A stretch of DNA of 64,000 bases, taken from the NCBI GenBank assembly GCA_028867675.1, contig JAGWGA010000001.1, positions 11,667 through 75,666 on the forward strand, given 5' to 3'. This document shows, piece after piece, positions 1-9,358 of the stretch. This DNA is from Nitrososphaerota archaeon. Its GTDB lineage: Archaea > Thermoproteota > Nitrososphaeria > Nitrososphaerales > Nitrosopumilaceae. Under the pieces are notes generated by a model, which saw only the letters and a list, made by a program, of their open reading frames with translations, was not told the DNA's origin and ran no database searches. A program made the translations under genes and the position numbers. How positions within the stretch are numbered: the stretch's first letter is position 1; every line of letters starts with the position of its first letter.

Positions 1-154
1 CAGTCAGAGAAAACAGACCGCCTGGACCGTTTATGTCATCATGATCTTCGCCTGATGCATTTTGAGCAAAAGCTCCAGGAACTGCAAAACTTGAAGTGAT
101 TAATAATACTACAAGAAATGGAATAGATAAAACTGCCTTGTGCACGATTGGCAT
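1..154 (-). CDS. secreted protein, N-terminal fragment (gene runs off the left edge)
   Basis: Not in the ORF track because it is too short. The minus-strand ATG at 154 reads MPIVHKAVLSIPFLVVLLITSSFAVPGAFAQNASGEDHDDINGPGG, a textbook signal peptide. The frame is open to base 1. Confidence 0.4.
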   Translation of the reverse strand, partial: MPIVHKAVLSIPFLVVLLITSSFAVPGAFAQNASGEDHDDINGPGGLFSLT

Positions 155-219
155 GTTTGAATTCTATTTTAAAAGGATTACTACACATTTGTAGTCATCC
201 AGTGTCAAAAAATCTAGGC

Positions 220-741
220 TCAACCTAAACTATGCCTCTTTGAGACCATCACAATGGTAGATATTGTCGCTATTGCAAATATTATACCAACCATAGATGG
301 AAATTCAGGAATAATCGCGCTTTGAGATATATCAAATGTAAAAGTCTTTGAAACAATATTTTCGGTATTATTTGTTGCATGGTATGCAAATGTTACATTT
401 GCATTTGTTGTACCAGATGAGGTCGCAGCATACAAATTAGCCGAGCCGGGTCCAACTACAGTAGTGTTTTCTCCCGGATTGAGAACTACCTTATAGATTG
501 CAAGACATCCCATTGCTTGTCCTACAGATACATTATTGTCAAAAGTTGCAGAAAGTGGAGACAAACAACCACCATTAAAATTAATTGTATCAGGTGAATT
601 ATTTACTATAGTAGCATTAATTCTAAAACTATCCCCAACATGAACTTGAGATGGATTAGTTTGAATATTTGTAATGATTATTTCTTGAGCAAAAGCTGGT
701 GAACTGGAGATGAAGTAGATAGTAAAGACAGTCAAAGACAA
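220..741 (-). CDS. small PEF-CTERM-anchored surface protein
   Basis: 173 aa. N-terminal signal peptide (MSLTVFTIYFISSSPAFAQE). The C-terminus IIPEFPSMVGIIFAIATISTIVMVSKR has a PEF motif, a TM helix and a basic tail, which is the PEF-CTERM archaeosortase-type sorting signal. Confidence 0.7.
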   Translation of the reverse strand: MSLTVFTIYFISSSPAFAQEIIITNIQTNPSQVHVGDSFRINATIVNNSPDTINFNGGCLSPLSATFDNNVSVGQAMGCLAIYKVVLNPGENTTVVGPGSANLYAATSSGTTNANVTFAYHATNNTENIVSKTFTFDISQSAIIPEFPSMVGIIFAIATISTIVMVSKRHSLG

Positions 742-880
742 GATGATTATTTTTTTCGTCCAGGAGACACCTGTTCTTATCTTTGTTTACATATCTCTTA
801 AAGTATGCTAGATATGTGATTTTGAATCGGGTGCTACAAAGACGGATATTTATGTACCAAAATCAAAGTCTTGTCAGACT

Positions 881-977
881 GCCAGGTTAGCCAAGTGGAA
901 CGGCGACCGCCTCGAGATCAAAATACAAGGTAGCGGTTATGCGCAAGCATGCAGGGGTTCGAATCCCTTACCTGGCG
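881..977 (+). tRNA. tRNA-Ser(CGA), class II, with an approximately 15-nt intron
   Basis: Cloverleaf folded by hand. Acceptor GCCAGGT/ACCTGGC, 3-bp D stem GCC/GGC, anticodon stem ACCGC/GCGGT, loop CU-CGA-G. Extra 15 nt (917-931) sit at the canonical 37/38 intron site. Long variable arm ATGC-GCAA-GCAT, T arm AGGGG-TTCGAAT-CCCTT, discriminator G. A TATA-like ATATTTAT lies about 30 nt upstream. Confidence 0.8.
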
Positions 978-1009
978 CTGTATAATTTTATTTTAAAAAC
1001 AATATTCAA

Positions 1010-1765
1010 TTATTGTCTTAGCTTCTTTGCTTTTTCATAACACTTGTCAGATTCTTTCTTTTTACCAAGTTTCAAAAGAACACCACCTTTGTTATGCCAA
1101 GCAACTCCAAATTCTGGACTAAGTTTTGTTGCCCTATCAAAACATTCCAATGCTTGTACTAGTCTTCCCAAGATGAAAAAACAAACACCCTTAAAGTTCC
1201 ATGCAGCCGCATGTGTAGGGTCTAACAGAATTGCTTCGTCAAAGGACTCTAATGCAGAGTCATATCTTTTCAAGTCAGAAAGACATATTCCTTGCAAATT
1301 CCAAGCATCTACAGATTCGGGATTTATCTGCAAAACTTTACCATAACAATATAACGCATCTTCGTATCTTTTCAGATGTGATAACGTATTACCTTTTTTA
1401 AGCCAAGCATTTGCATACCGTGGTAACTTTTCAAGTGCCTTATCAAGAAATTCAAGTCCCTCTTCATACTTTTGTAGTAAAATCTTGGTCTCGGCTTGCT
1501 TGTAGAATTCTACAGCATCTTCAGGATAGATATCACTAAACTTTGTTGTAGATTTTAATTCCTTAATTTGTTGTACCCTCAAAGTTTGATAGGCATCACA
1601 AATTTGCATAAACCTTGTTTCATTTCCTTCTGAAGAATCCTTGTCAGGATGATATTTTAAAGCAAGACCTCGATATGCTTCTTTTATTTCCTGCACAGAT
1701 GCACCAGGCTTTAATCCTAAAATTTCATAGCACGATATTACATCCAATATCGAGTTTACAAACAT
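1010..1765 (-). CDS. J-domain (DnaJ-like) protein with TPR repeats
   Basis: N-terminal J domain YEILGLKPGASVQEIKEAYRGLALKYHPDK with the HPD motif. The rest is about 5 TPR-like repeats (AW..KG..L..L.RY.(D/E)AL pattern recurring). Confidence 0.8.
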   Translation of the reverse strand: MFVNSILDVISCYEILGLKPGASVQEIKEAYRGLALKYHPDKDSSEGNETRFMQICDAYQTLRVQQIKELKSTTKFSDIYPEDAVEFYKQAETKILLQKYEEGLEFLDKALEKLPRYANAWLKKGNTLSHLKRYEDALYCYGKVLQINPESVDAWNLQGICLSDLKRYDSALESFDEAILLDPTHAAAWNFKGVCFFILGRLVQALECFDRATKLSPEFGVAWHNKGGVLLKLGKKKESDKCYEKAKKLRQ

Positions 1766-1890
1766 GCGTTAAACAAGTCTTTCTTGTAAAATTACTTTAG
1801 ACATACAATTTGACTCACCCTATCCAGAATTTTATTTGCTTTCAATATAGAAAGTATGACTATTTCTATAAGTGATGTTTACGGAATGTA

Positions 1891-3348
1891 TTGACTCAGG
1901 TTCAAAATGGGATAGACCGCATCCAGATCCTCCTAGTGTGCGGGATATTTGCCATATTGTTTTATGCAGTATATCTAATGAACACCAATCTTACTTTGGT
2001 TTCGCTTGTATTTGCTGCTGGAATAATGTTTTATCAAATTCTCAGTGCAAGAGGCAAACTTTCATCAAAATTCAAGTATGGAAAAAAATTGCCTTCACCA
2101 TTTGCAGTCATAATGATTGCACTTCCATTTGTTCTTGGTACGGTATCTGCGTATGAGGGATTTGCCATATGGGAATCGCCAACTAGAATCATAATTTTAT
2201 GGGGAATGACCATAACATTTTGGAGTACACTGATGTTTGTACCTCTTTCAGTGTATAGCAAATATAGAGAAAATATGCAGCCAGATCCAACCACATATCC
2301 AACTCTTAGCGTTCTAGTACCCGCATATAATGAAGAAAAGGTAATTGCAAGAACGATAGAAGGACTCCTTGATACAAATTATCCAGACAAGGAGATAATT
2401 GTCATAGATGATGGCAGTAAAGATGATACACTAAAGATAGCCAACCGATACAAAACCAAAGTCAAAGTAGTACACAAAGAAAACGGAGGCAAGGCATCAG
2501 CACTTAATCACGGAATTGCATTTGCAAAAGGAGAGATAATTGCAATAGTTGACGCAGATACCATTGTTGGAAGAGATGCATTAAAACAACTAGTCAAAGG
2601 ATTTTCTGCCGGAAAAGACGTTGCTGCAGTGGCAGGAAATATCAAAGTAAGAAACAGAATGAATTGGCTTACATGGACTCAGGCTCTTGAATATGTTGCA
2701 GGAATTGAGATAATTAGAAGAGCTTTTGATTTTTTTGGTTCCATCACAATTGTACCAGGAGCATTAGGAGCATTTAGAAAATCCGTATTAGAAAATGTTG
2801 GGACATATCACAAGGACACATTGGTAGAAGACTTTGATGCTACAATCAAAGTTCTAAAGTCGGGATTTGTAGTTCAAGGAAGTACAGGATCTACGGCATA
2901 CACAGAAGCACCACAAACTTTTCAGGATTTTTACAAGCAACGAAAAAGATGGTATCGTGGAAATTTACAAGTATTATCACGACATGGCGAGACCTTGTTT
3001 AATCCAAGGTATGCATTTTTGTACAGAATTGCGTTTCCATTTATGATAATATCCATGGTTGTATTACCATTTGCAGGACTTGCAGTTGTAATCACATCAA
3101 TTTACGAATTGCTTACAGGAGACTGGATATTTGTTGCAGAGATGTTTGGCCTGTTCATCACATTGCAGACTTTAATGTCAGCCTTGGCTATACGAATAGA
3201 CAGAGAGGACCCCAAATTGATATTATTTTCACCATTCCTAGTCATAGGATACAAACAAATTGTAGACATTTTACTCATAAAGGGAACCCTTGAGACAATA
3301 TTCAAGGCTAAAACAAGTTGGACAAGTGCAAAAAGGATAGGAGTGTGA
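1891..3348 (+). CDS. membrane-integrated processive family-2 glycosyltransferase (PgaC/IcaA/NodC/chitin-synthase-like)
   Basis: 485 aa with N- and C-terminal TM helices. GT-A motifs VLVPAYNEE, IVIDDGSKDDT and VDADT, plus the processive-synthase motif QRKRWYRG (QxxRW). TTG start in the track; an in-frame ATG 29 codons later is an alternative start. Confidence 0.8.
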   Translation: MTQVQNGIDRIQILLVCGIFAILFYAVYLMNTNLTLVSLVFAAGIMFYQILSARGKLSSKFKYGKKLPSPFAVIMIALPFVLGTVSAYEGFAIWESPTRIIILWGMTITFWSTLMFVPLSVYSKYRENMQPDPTTYPTLSVLVPAYNEEKVIARTIEGLLDTNYPDKEIIVIDDGSKDDTLKIANRYKTKVKVVHKENGGKASALNHGIAFAKGEIIAIVDADTIVGRDALKQLVKGFSAGKDVAAVAGNIKVRNRMNWLTWTQALEYVAGIEIIRRAFDFFGSITIVPGALGAFRKSVLENVGTYHKDTLVEDFDATIKVLKSGFVVQGSTGSTAYTEAPQTFQDFYKQRKRWYRGNLQVLSRHGETLFNPRYAFLYRIAFPFMIISMVVLPFAGLAVVITSIYELLTGDWIFVAEMFGLFITLQTLMSALAIRIDREDPKLILFSPFLVIGYKQIVDILLIKGTLETIFKAKTSWTSAKRIGV

Positions 3349-3350
3349 AA

Positions 3351-5198
3351 ATGAAATTCTATTACCTTTTTGGATTAATTGCAATATTATCAAGTACATT
3401 TTTTCTGACAGCTCCAGCTTTTGCAGAAACCACAGGTTCTATCGCAGTCACTTTGACATATACAAATGGTGATACTGCAGACTATTGGCCGGTATCGCTA
3501 AAAATTTATCAAGATTTTGACAAGACACCTTACAAAGAAATTGTATCACTATCTGCAAATCCATTCAATATCGTATCTTTACCAATAGGCCATCAGTACA
3601 AAATAGAAGCATATGCAAACAGCATGTACTCTAGTGTAGTTTATGTCGACTTGCAACAACCGCACCAAGATGTTAATGTAATACTTCCACTTCCAGGAGG
3701 AATGCGTGTTGATGCATTCTACAATGACGGCCTGACACCAATCTCAAACGCTACAGTCTATGTAAGAGCTCAAGACAACAAGACATGGGCCCATGGCCCA
3801 GTAGACACCAGTGGAAAGACAATGCGTTTTTGGATAGAGTCAACCACTTTGGATACTGATCATTATACCATCGACGTAAAAATTGGAGACAATCTAACAT
3901 ATACACAGTCGCCGATATTTCTCAGACCAGGAACATCCCAGGAAATAAAAATTGTAACAGGCTGGCCTCCCATAGTAAACACGCTTGTTACAGTAAATGT
4001 GCTAGATCTTCAATCACACCATGTATCTTCTTCAGATGGAAAATTCGTCGTAGATCTTTATGATAGCAGTGGAAACAAGATAGCACAGTACCCAGTGACA
4101 ATACGAGGCCAAGCATATTTTTCCAACTTGAAAGTGGGTGACTATACCTTCAAGGTCATACAAGTAAATAACAATACAGACTGGGCAACCTCAAAGATAA
4201 CACTAGACGGAACAAAGCTATTTTTTGACGTATCAGAGAGCCAAAAAACACCAGTCATCCCTGTGCCTACTCCAGTCACTCCTACTCCAGTCACTCCTAC
4301 TCCAGTCACTCCTACTCCAGTCACTCCCACTCCAGTAACACCCGAGCATACACCAATTACCCAACCTCCACCTACAATTACAAACTGTAACTGTGTGGCA
4401 TTCAGATTAGACAACGTTCAAGATTATTGGTTAGACAATGTACAAACCAAAGTCATGGACACATTTGATGAAAAAAATGCAAACTTGACTGTTGGAATAA
4501 TTGGTAAGGCATTTGGAAATGATTCCAAATTAACAGATGACATAAAATCAAAGATGCAGACTGGAAAAATTGACATTGCAATTAACGGATGGAGTTTTGA
4601 GGATTTCACAACAGATACAAAATCCCAACAAGTGCAATTGCTAGAATTATCAAAAGATAAAATATCTACAATGTTTGGTGTTGTGCCATCAATCTTTGTG
4701 CCACCATATGGAAAAGCAAACAATGACACATTTTACGCCATGATGGACAATGACATTTATTTCATCAGTGGAAATTCGGATTTTCATATTCCATCAGAAC
4801 TGGCAGGACGGATTCATTCTTATCCTCCAACAGTATTTACTGATACTGTGCAGTATCAAGATACTAATCAAAGTATTACAAACGATAAAATCATATCAGA
4901 CATACGCAATAGCATCAAATCTAATGGATATGCCATAGTTACAATCAACTTTCAAGATTATGCACAAAACAACGACACCACAAAATTAAACATGCCAGAC
5001 AATGACAAGATTCAGAACTTGCAGTCTTTGATTGACAGTGTAAAAAGTAACGGTTACCAGATAGTAACTATAAAATCAATATCAAATACTTCAGCAGTTC
5101 CAGAGTTTGGACCACTTGCCGCAATCACTCTAATTCTATCAATTACAGCTGTAATTATAACACGATTCAAAACAAATCGGATTACATCTAGATTCTAA
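3351..5198 (+). CDS. PEF-CTERM-anchored extracellular protein with polysaccharide-deacetylase-like (NodB/CE4-type) domain
   Basis: Start moved to ATG 3351 (MKFYYLFGLIAILSSTFFLTAPAFAE signal peptide), 3 nt after the GT2 stop. N-terminal beta-rich domain and a Pro/Thr linker. The C-terminal half begins VAFRLDNVQDYW ... INGWSFEDF ... VPPYGKAN, which resembles the deacetylase fold. Ends AVPEFGPLAAITLILSITAVIITRFK (PEF-CTERM). Confidence 0.65.
   Translation: MKFYYLFGLIAILSSTFFLTAPAFAETTGSIAVTLTYTNGDTADYWPVSLKIYQDFDKTPYKEIVSLSANPFNIVSLPIGHQYKIEAYANSMYSSVVYVDLQQPHQDVNVILPLPGGMRVDAFYNDGLTPISNATVYVRAQDNKTWAHGPVDTSGKTMRFWIESTTLDTDHYTIDVKIGDNLTYTQSPIFLRPGTSQEIKIVTGWPPIVNTLVTVNVLDLQSHHVSSSDGKFVVDLYDSSGNKIAQYPVTIRGQAYFSNLKVGDYTFKVIQVNNNTDWATSKITLDGTKLFFDVSESQKTPVIPVPTPVTPTPVTPTPVTPTPVTPTPVTPEHTPITQPPPTITNCNCVAFRLDNVQDYWLDNVQTKVMDTFDEKNANLTVGIIGKAFGNDSKLTDDIKSKMQTGKIDIAINGWSFEDFTTDTKSQQVQLLELSKDKISTMFGVVPSIFVPPYGKANNDTFYAMMDNDIYFISGNSDFHIPSELAGRIHSYPPTVFTDTVQYQDTNQSITNDKIISDIRNSIKSNGYAIVTINFQDYAQNNDTTKLNMPDNDKIQNLQSLIDSVKSNGYQIVTIKSISNTSAVPEFGPLAAITLILSITAVIITRFKTNRITSRF
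4266..4340 (+). repeat. 15-bp tandem repeat CCTACTCCAGTCACT (4 perfect copies plus 1 degenerate), encoding the (PTPVT)n linker
   Basis: Read directly: perfect units at 4266-4280, 4281-4295, 4296-4310 and 4311-4325. Unit 4326-4340 is diverged (CCCACTCCAGTAACA). Confidence 0.95.
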
Positions 5199-5201
5199 AA
5201 T

Positions 5202-5510
5202 TCAGGGGTTTTTTGGACCTAGCATCTCACTGTCTTTTACATCATAGTCCCATTTGCCCCTAATTCCTTTGAAGAGGACAAATCCCCCAATCCCTAGCAA
5301 CCCAATTGATAGTGCCATGTATAGCGTATAATCCAGGGTTTTGTCAGAGCACTTGACATGCACCTCTGTACCTGATGAATAGTCAAAGCAGTCATCAAAG
5401 TTCTGTTGCTGTACTGCAAACTGGGAATAGTTAGAGTTTGCCATGCTTCCAACTACAAAGCCTGCAAACATGATCACGGCACCAAGCATTATCAGCCGTA
5501 TGTCACTCAT
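5202..5510 (-). CDS. small two-TM membrane protein (hypothetical)
   Basis: The track ORF 5202..5621 overlaps the divergent gene at 5576. The internal ATG at 5510 (MSDIRLIMLGAVIMFAGFVVG...) removes the overlap and starts at the first TM helix. Confidence 0.45.
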   Translation of the reverse strand: MSDIRLIMLGAVIMFAGFVVGSMANSNYSQFAVQQQNFDDCFDYSSGTEVHVKCSDKTLDYTLYMALSIGLLGIGGFVLFKGIRGKWDYDVKDSEMLGPKNP

Positions 5511-5575
5511 GACAGCAAGAATTGATTCTGCACAATATTTAACGTTGTCACCATTATAGAATAATTGATCAAGCC

Positions 5576-6856
5576 ATGGTTTTCGGATTCGGTAAGAAAA
5601 AATCACAAGAGCAGCCTGCACCTACAACAGAAAAAGAGAGGACCATATCACTTGACGATATTCCAGTACTTCTCCAAGAAACAGAGTCTCCGCATGTTGC
5701 CGAAGTTGTAAATATTGCCAAGTCAGTCAAGGAAGAAGTAGAAGCAAACAGGAAAAAAATTCATGCGTTAATTTTACACCTAGAATCTGATGACTTGAAG
5801 CTTGATGACATTGACAGAAATTTAATGATAATTGTAAAACGAGGAAAAGATTCTATCGTATCCATAATAAAAAAAGAGACCACATCAAACCTGACTAGCC
5901 CTACAAAGTATGACCAAGCAATATTACTCAATACCGAAATCAATCAGATACTAAAAAGAATAGGTGATGTCTTGGGATTAAATTCTAGAATCATACACAT
6001 ATTTGCAAAAAAATATGCAGACAGTCTCAAAGAGGAGATTGCAAAGATGGCAGGAAACAGAAACCGATTACAGGTTTCAATAAATTTCGTAGAAGGCCTC
6101 AGAGAAAGTTCCAGAATTACATCAGACATGAGGGAAAACATAGCAAAAGAGAGAGAAAAGATCTTGAAAAAGACTGACAGGATATCAGAGATAAACTCTG
6201 AGATTGTCACTCTAAAAAACAACATCTCATCACTTGAGAGACAGGTACATGATCTAAAATCCATGAATGAGCATGCCATATTTTTGGAGATTAAAAAAAA
6301 TATCGAAGCACTATCTTCTGAAAAAAATGATGTAAAAAATATCATTGATATGCAATTCTCAAAGATCTCAAGGCCTCTTGGCAAGTACAGCTATATCTCA
6401 TCATTTGAAAAACCTGTCAAGAAGATGATGGAGGAGCTCGTCGAAAATCCCTATCAGGTAATTTCTTCCCAGAATAAAGATACAATAATCCAGATACTAG
6501 AGGCCGTTGCCAAGTCAGTCGCATCAGGTGCCATCTCTGTCAAGGACACAGACAAGGCATTAGAACAGATTCAAGAAACGATATCTCGATTGGATGAATT
6601 TATGGCATTAAAGGAATCCTACTCTAGCAAGGTATCAACCCTTGAAAAAGACCTCGTCATATTTGACATCAAACTATTAGAATCAAAAGAACATGACTTG
6701 CATAAAACTAGGACAGATTTTACAAACATGGAGAATGTAAAAAAGAAACTCGAGTCCGAGATAAACGAAGAAAGCAAATTGTTAGAAAAACACGTATCAG
6801 ACATACAGTCTAGTCTTTCAAAGATAACAAACTCAAAGATAACTCTAAAGATATAA
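5576..6856 (+). CDS. long coiled-coil protein (hypothetical)
   Basis: 426 aa, rich in K/E/L/I with heptad-like periodicity throughout. No catalytic motif recognised. Confidence 0.55.
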   Translation: MVFGFGKKKSQEQPAPTTEKERTISLDDIPVLLQETESPHVAEVVNIAKSVKEEVEANRKKIHALILHLESDDLKLDDIDRNLMIIVKRGKDSIVSIIKKETTSNLTSPTKYDQAILLNTEINQILKRIGDVLGLNSRIIHIFAKKYADSLKEEIAKMAGNRNRLQVSINFVEGLRESSRITSDMRENIAKEREKILKKTDRISEINSEIVTLKNNISSLERQVHDLKSMNEHAIFLEIKKNIEALSSEKNDVKNIIDMQFSKISRPLGKYSYISSFEKPVKKMMEELVENPYQVISSQNKDTIIQILEAVAKSVASGAISVKDTDKALEQIQETISRLDEFMALKESYSSKVSTLEKDLVIFDIKLLESKEHDLHKTRTDFTNMENVKKKLESEINEESKLLEKHVSDIQSSLSKITNSKITLKI

Positions 6857-6912
6857 GAAATGACATTACACCACATTGAATCTTAATTAGTTTCCAAGTC
6901 AGAGTTAGTATA

Positions 6913-7326
6913 ATGATATTCAAAAAATCACAAAACCAGCAGCGAACCGTTACAATCAAGAAAGACACCAGAGATGGAATTTTATCATATTGCAAGATGA
7001 ATCATCCAAATGAAGGAATTCTAATACTTCGTGGAAAATCAAGAAAGGGGAAAGTATTAGTCGACGGTCTGGTGATTCCCCCATTCTTTCACACAGGTCC
7101 AACTTTTGCAGGATTTCCTCATTCTTTTCTGCCTTTTGATACAAGCTATGTTGGAACAGTACATTCTCATCCAACAGGACTTGCCAAACCATCAGTTACG
7201 GATCTTCATAATTTCTTTGGCTTTGTTTCAATCATAGTCCAATCACCGTATGAAGACGGTGACATTTTCGCTTACGATCGCGATGGAAATCAGCTGGAAG
7301 TGACAATAATTCCAGACGATTCATGA
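6913..7326 (+). CDS. stand-alone JAMM/MPN+ metalloprotease
   Basis: 137 aa. Conserved Glu in EGILILRG and the JAMM motif HSHPTGLAKPSVTD (HxHx7Sx2D). Confidence 0.75.
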   Translation: MIFKKSQNQQRTVTIKKDTRDGILSYCKMNHPNEGILILRGKSRKGKVLVDGLVIPPFFHTGPTFAGFPHSFLPFDTSYVGTVHSHPTGLAKPSVTDLHNFFGFVSIIVQSPYEDGDIFAYDRDGNQLEVTIIPDDS

Positions 7327-7362
7327 CAAAAATTTATAAGCTTTTTGATGTAACACCTAGCG

Positions 7363-7671
7363 TTGATTAATTACAAGACTTATCTCATATTCCTTTTCGG
7401 ATCACTTGCAGTAAGCATAGGTTTGCAAATGTTATTGCCATTCCCATATGGCTTGATTGCGGCACTTGCCATTTTCATAGTATTTCCACTCTTCCTAAGA
7501 AACAGAGCCATGAAACGAATGGGTGGAATGGGTTCTGATGGCGGTTCAGGTGCAGGAGGATTCTTTGGTCAGAGTCAAGGTGTCAAATACATCTGTCTTG
7601 CTTGCAATAACAAGTACAAGGGTGGAATGTGTCCTAGATGCGGCTCTAAGATGAAAAGAGCAGACTTTTAG
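7363..7671 (+). CDS. membrane protein with C-terminal zinc ribbon
   Basis: Two TM helices, a Gly-rich linker, then CLACNNKYKGGMCPRCGSK (CxxC-x9-CxxC). TTG start. Confidence 0.5.
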   Translation: MINYKTYLIFLFGSLAVSIGLQMLLPFPYGLIAALAIFIVFPLFLRNRAMKRMGGMGSDGGSGAGGFFGQSQGVKYICLACNNKYKGGMCPRCGSKMKRADF

Positions 7672-7683
7672 ATATTTTCAGAA

Positions 7684-8013
7684 ATGAAACTAGAAGAACT
7701 TAGGACTAAAGCATTATTTCAAAATACAATAGACACCTGGATAATGTTGTGTGAAGAAAAAAATGCAGATTGGTATTCACCTGAAAATTACATGAAGTTT
7801 ATTGCACACCTATTCAAGAGCGGTTTGAAGCTCCAAAAGTTTCCATTGTGCATCAAAGAATCTGGAGGCATGTATCAGAGAGGCAAGGACAAAACACAGT
7901 TTGCAGAGATACTTGCTCAATCGACTGATCCAAATGCAGCAGCGTATACCATCAAACTTTCAGATGACACAATAAGAATAATCCGTGAGTTTAATTCTAC
8001 CGTCGTAGTCTAG
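7684..8013 (+). CDS. hypothetical protein
   Basis: 109-aa ORF with normal composition. No motif recognised. Its 3' end overlaps the convergent permease gene by 17 nt. Confidence 0.4.
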   Translation: MKLEELRTKALFQNTIDTWIMLCEEKNADWYSPENYMKFIAHLFKSGLKLQKFPLCIKESGGMYQRGKDKTQFAEILAQSTDPNAAAYTIKLSDDTIRIIREFNSTVVV

Positions 8014-9358
8014 GATTTACTATAATATCCATTGCCTGACCTATAAACACAAATGCAAGACCTGTAATTGCAATCATAATTCCGGGTGGCAGTATCCACC
8101 ACCACATACCACGAGCCGCTGCACTGTAGGAGCTTGCATCATGTAAAATTTGTCCCCATGTTGGAAATGTGGGATCACCCAGCCCTAGAAAACTAAGACC
8201 TGCTTCGGTAGTAATTGCAGCTGGAACTGATATTGCAATACTTGCAAATGCATACGGAAGGAGTTGTGGCAGAATATGCTTGAAAATTATTTTGTAGTCT
8301 TTTTGTCCCATCAGTTTTGATGCTTCTACATATTGTAGTGTCTTAATCTGTAATGCCATGCTTCGTGAAACTTTGGCAATTCCCACCCAACCAAATATTA
8401 CTAGAAATCCAACCATCAAAAATATGCTATTACCTATAGTTACAGCTAGAATAATCAACAGAGGCAAAGCAGGCATTGCGTATATGATATCATTAAACCG
8501 CATAAGCACCTCATCAGTGGCTTTTCCCTTGTATCCTGCAAATACACCATAAAGTAGACCAAGTATTACAGATCCAATTGATACTGTAATACCTATGAAA
8601 AGTGCGAGAGGCGTACCCCATAGCAATCCAACAGACAAATCACGCCTGAGTTCATCAGTGCCCATCATTCCATAGACTTTACCTCCAAGAATTAGATGTG
8701 ATTTTGACAAAACTGGCTTGCCTGATACATCATATACGTGGACTCTAAAAACATAACTTCCTTTTAGAATTTTATTTTCATCAAGTTTTGAAAATACGAT
8801 TTTTTCAGAAGTTAAATCATCAAATGAAAAAGAGTATTTACTTTTAACATTTGCAATATTTTTTGAAATTACATTTTGAGTTGAAAATATCATACTAGAA
8901 TATGTTGCAGTATCATTGGCATAAGGCAAAGAGGTAGACAATAACGATAATTCAATTCCATCAGGTCTTGTTACAGACAACTGTAACAATGGAGAGCCAC
9001 TGTACTTTATATCATATTGATAGATAAAATCACTTGGAAATCCATCATATTGATAATTTACCACGAATGAATCAGTCATGACATATACAGAGCCTAACTG
9101 TTGGGACATGCTTTGTGGAGATAGAATCAAATGTTCCGGAATTTTTTCAGATTGGAAATAATTCACCCATGCAGGTTGTGCAGATTTTGGATATAATAGC
9201 CAGCTTGCAGGGTCATTCCATGTCTTGAAATTATCAACCGGAATAGTTACAAATGCAATAACAGACATGGAAAAAAGTACAACTAGAATTACAATTCCGG
9301 TCATCCCAATTTTATTGTGGGAAAATTCACGCCATATCCCCTTGGCTGAAAAACTCAT
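7997..9358 (-). CDS. ABC transporter permease (DppC/OppC-like) with large extracytoplasmic insert
   Basis: 453 aa. The C-terminal part has the BPD-type permease core (EASKLMGQKDYKIIFKHILPQLLP, an EAA-loop-like segment). Third gene of the SBP-permease-permease operon. Confidence 0.8.
   Translation of the reverse strand: MSFSAKGIWREFSHNKIGMTGIVILVVLFSMSVIAFVTIPVDNFKTWNDPASWLLYPKSAQPAWVNYFQSEKIPEHLILSPQSMSQQLGSVYVMTDSFVVNYQYDGFPSDFIYQYDIKYSGSPLLQLSVTRPDGIELSLLSTSLPYANDTATYSSMIFSTQNVISKNIANVKSKYSFSFDDLTSEKIVFSKLDENKILKGSYVFRVHVYDVSGKPVLSKSHLILGGKVYGMMGTDELRRDLSVGLLWGTPLALFIGITVSIGSVILGLLYGVFAGYKGKATDEVLMRFNDIIYAMPALPLLIILAVTIGNSIFLMVGFLVIFGWVGIAKVSRSMALQIKTLQYVEASKLMGQKDYKIIFKHILPQLLPYAFASIAISVPAAITTEAGLSFLGLGDPTFPTWGQILHDASSYSAAARGMWWWILPPGIMIAITGLAFVFIGQAMDIIVNPRLRR

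Noticed and set aside
4266-4340. Tandem repeat considered as a CRISPR array or satellite
   Set aside because: The units are contiguous without spacers and lie in frame inside a coding linker. No CRISPR array or cas gene was seen anywhere in the window.
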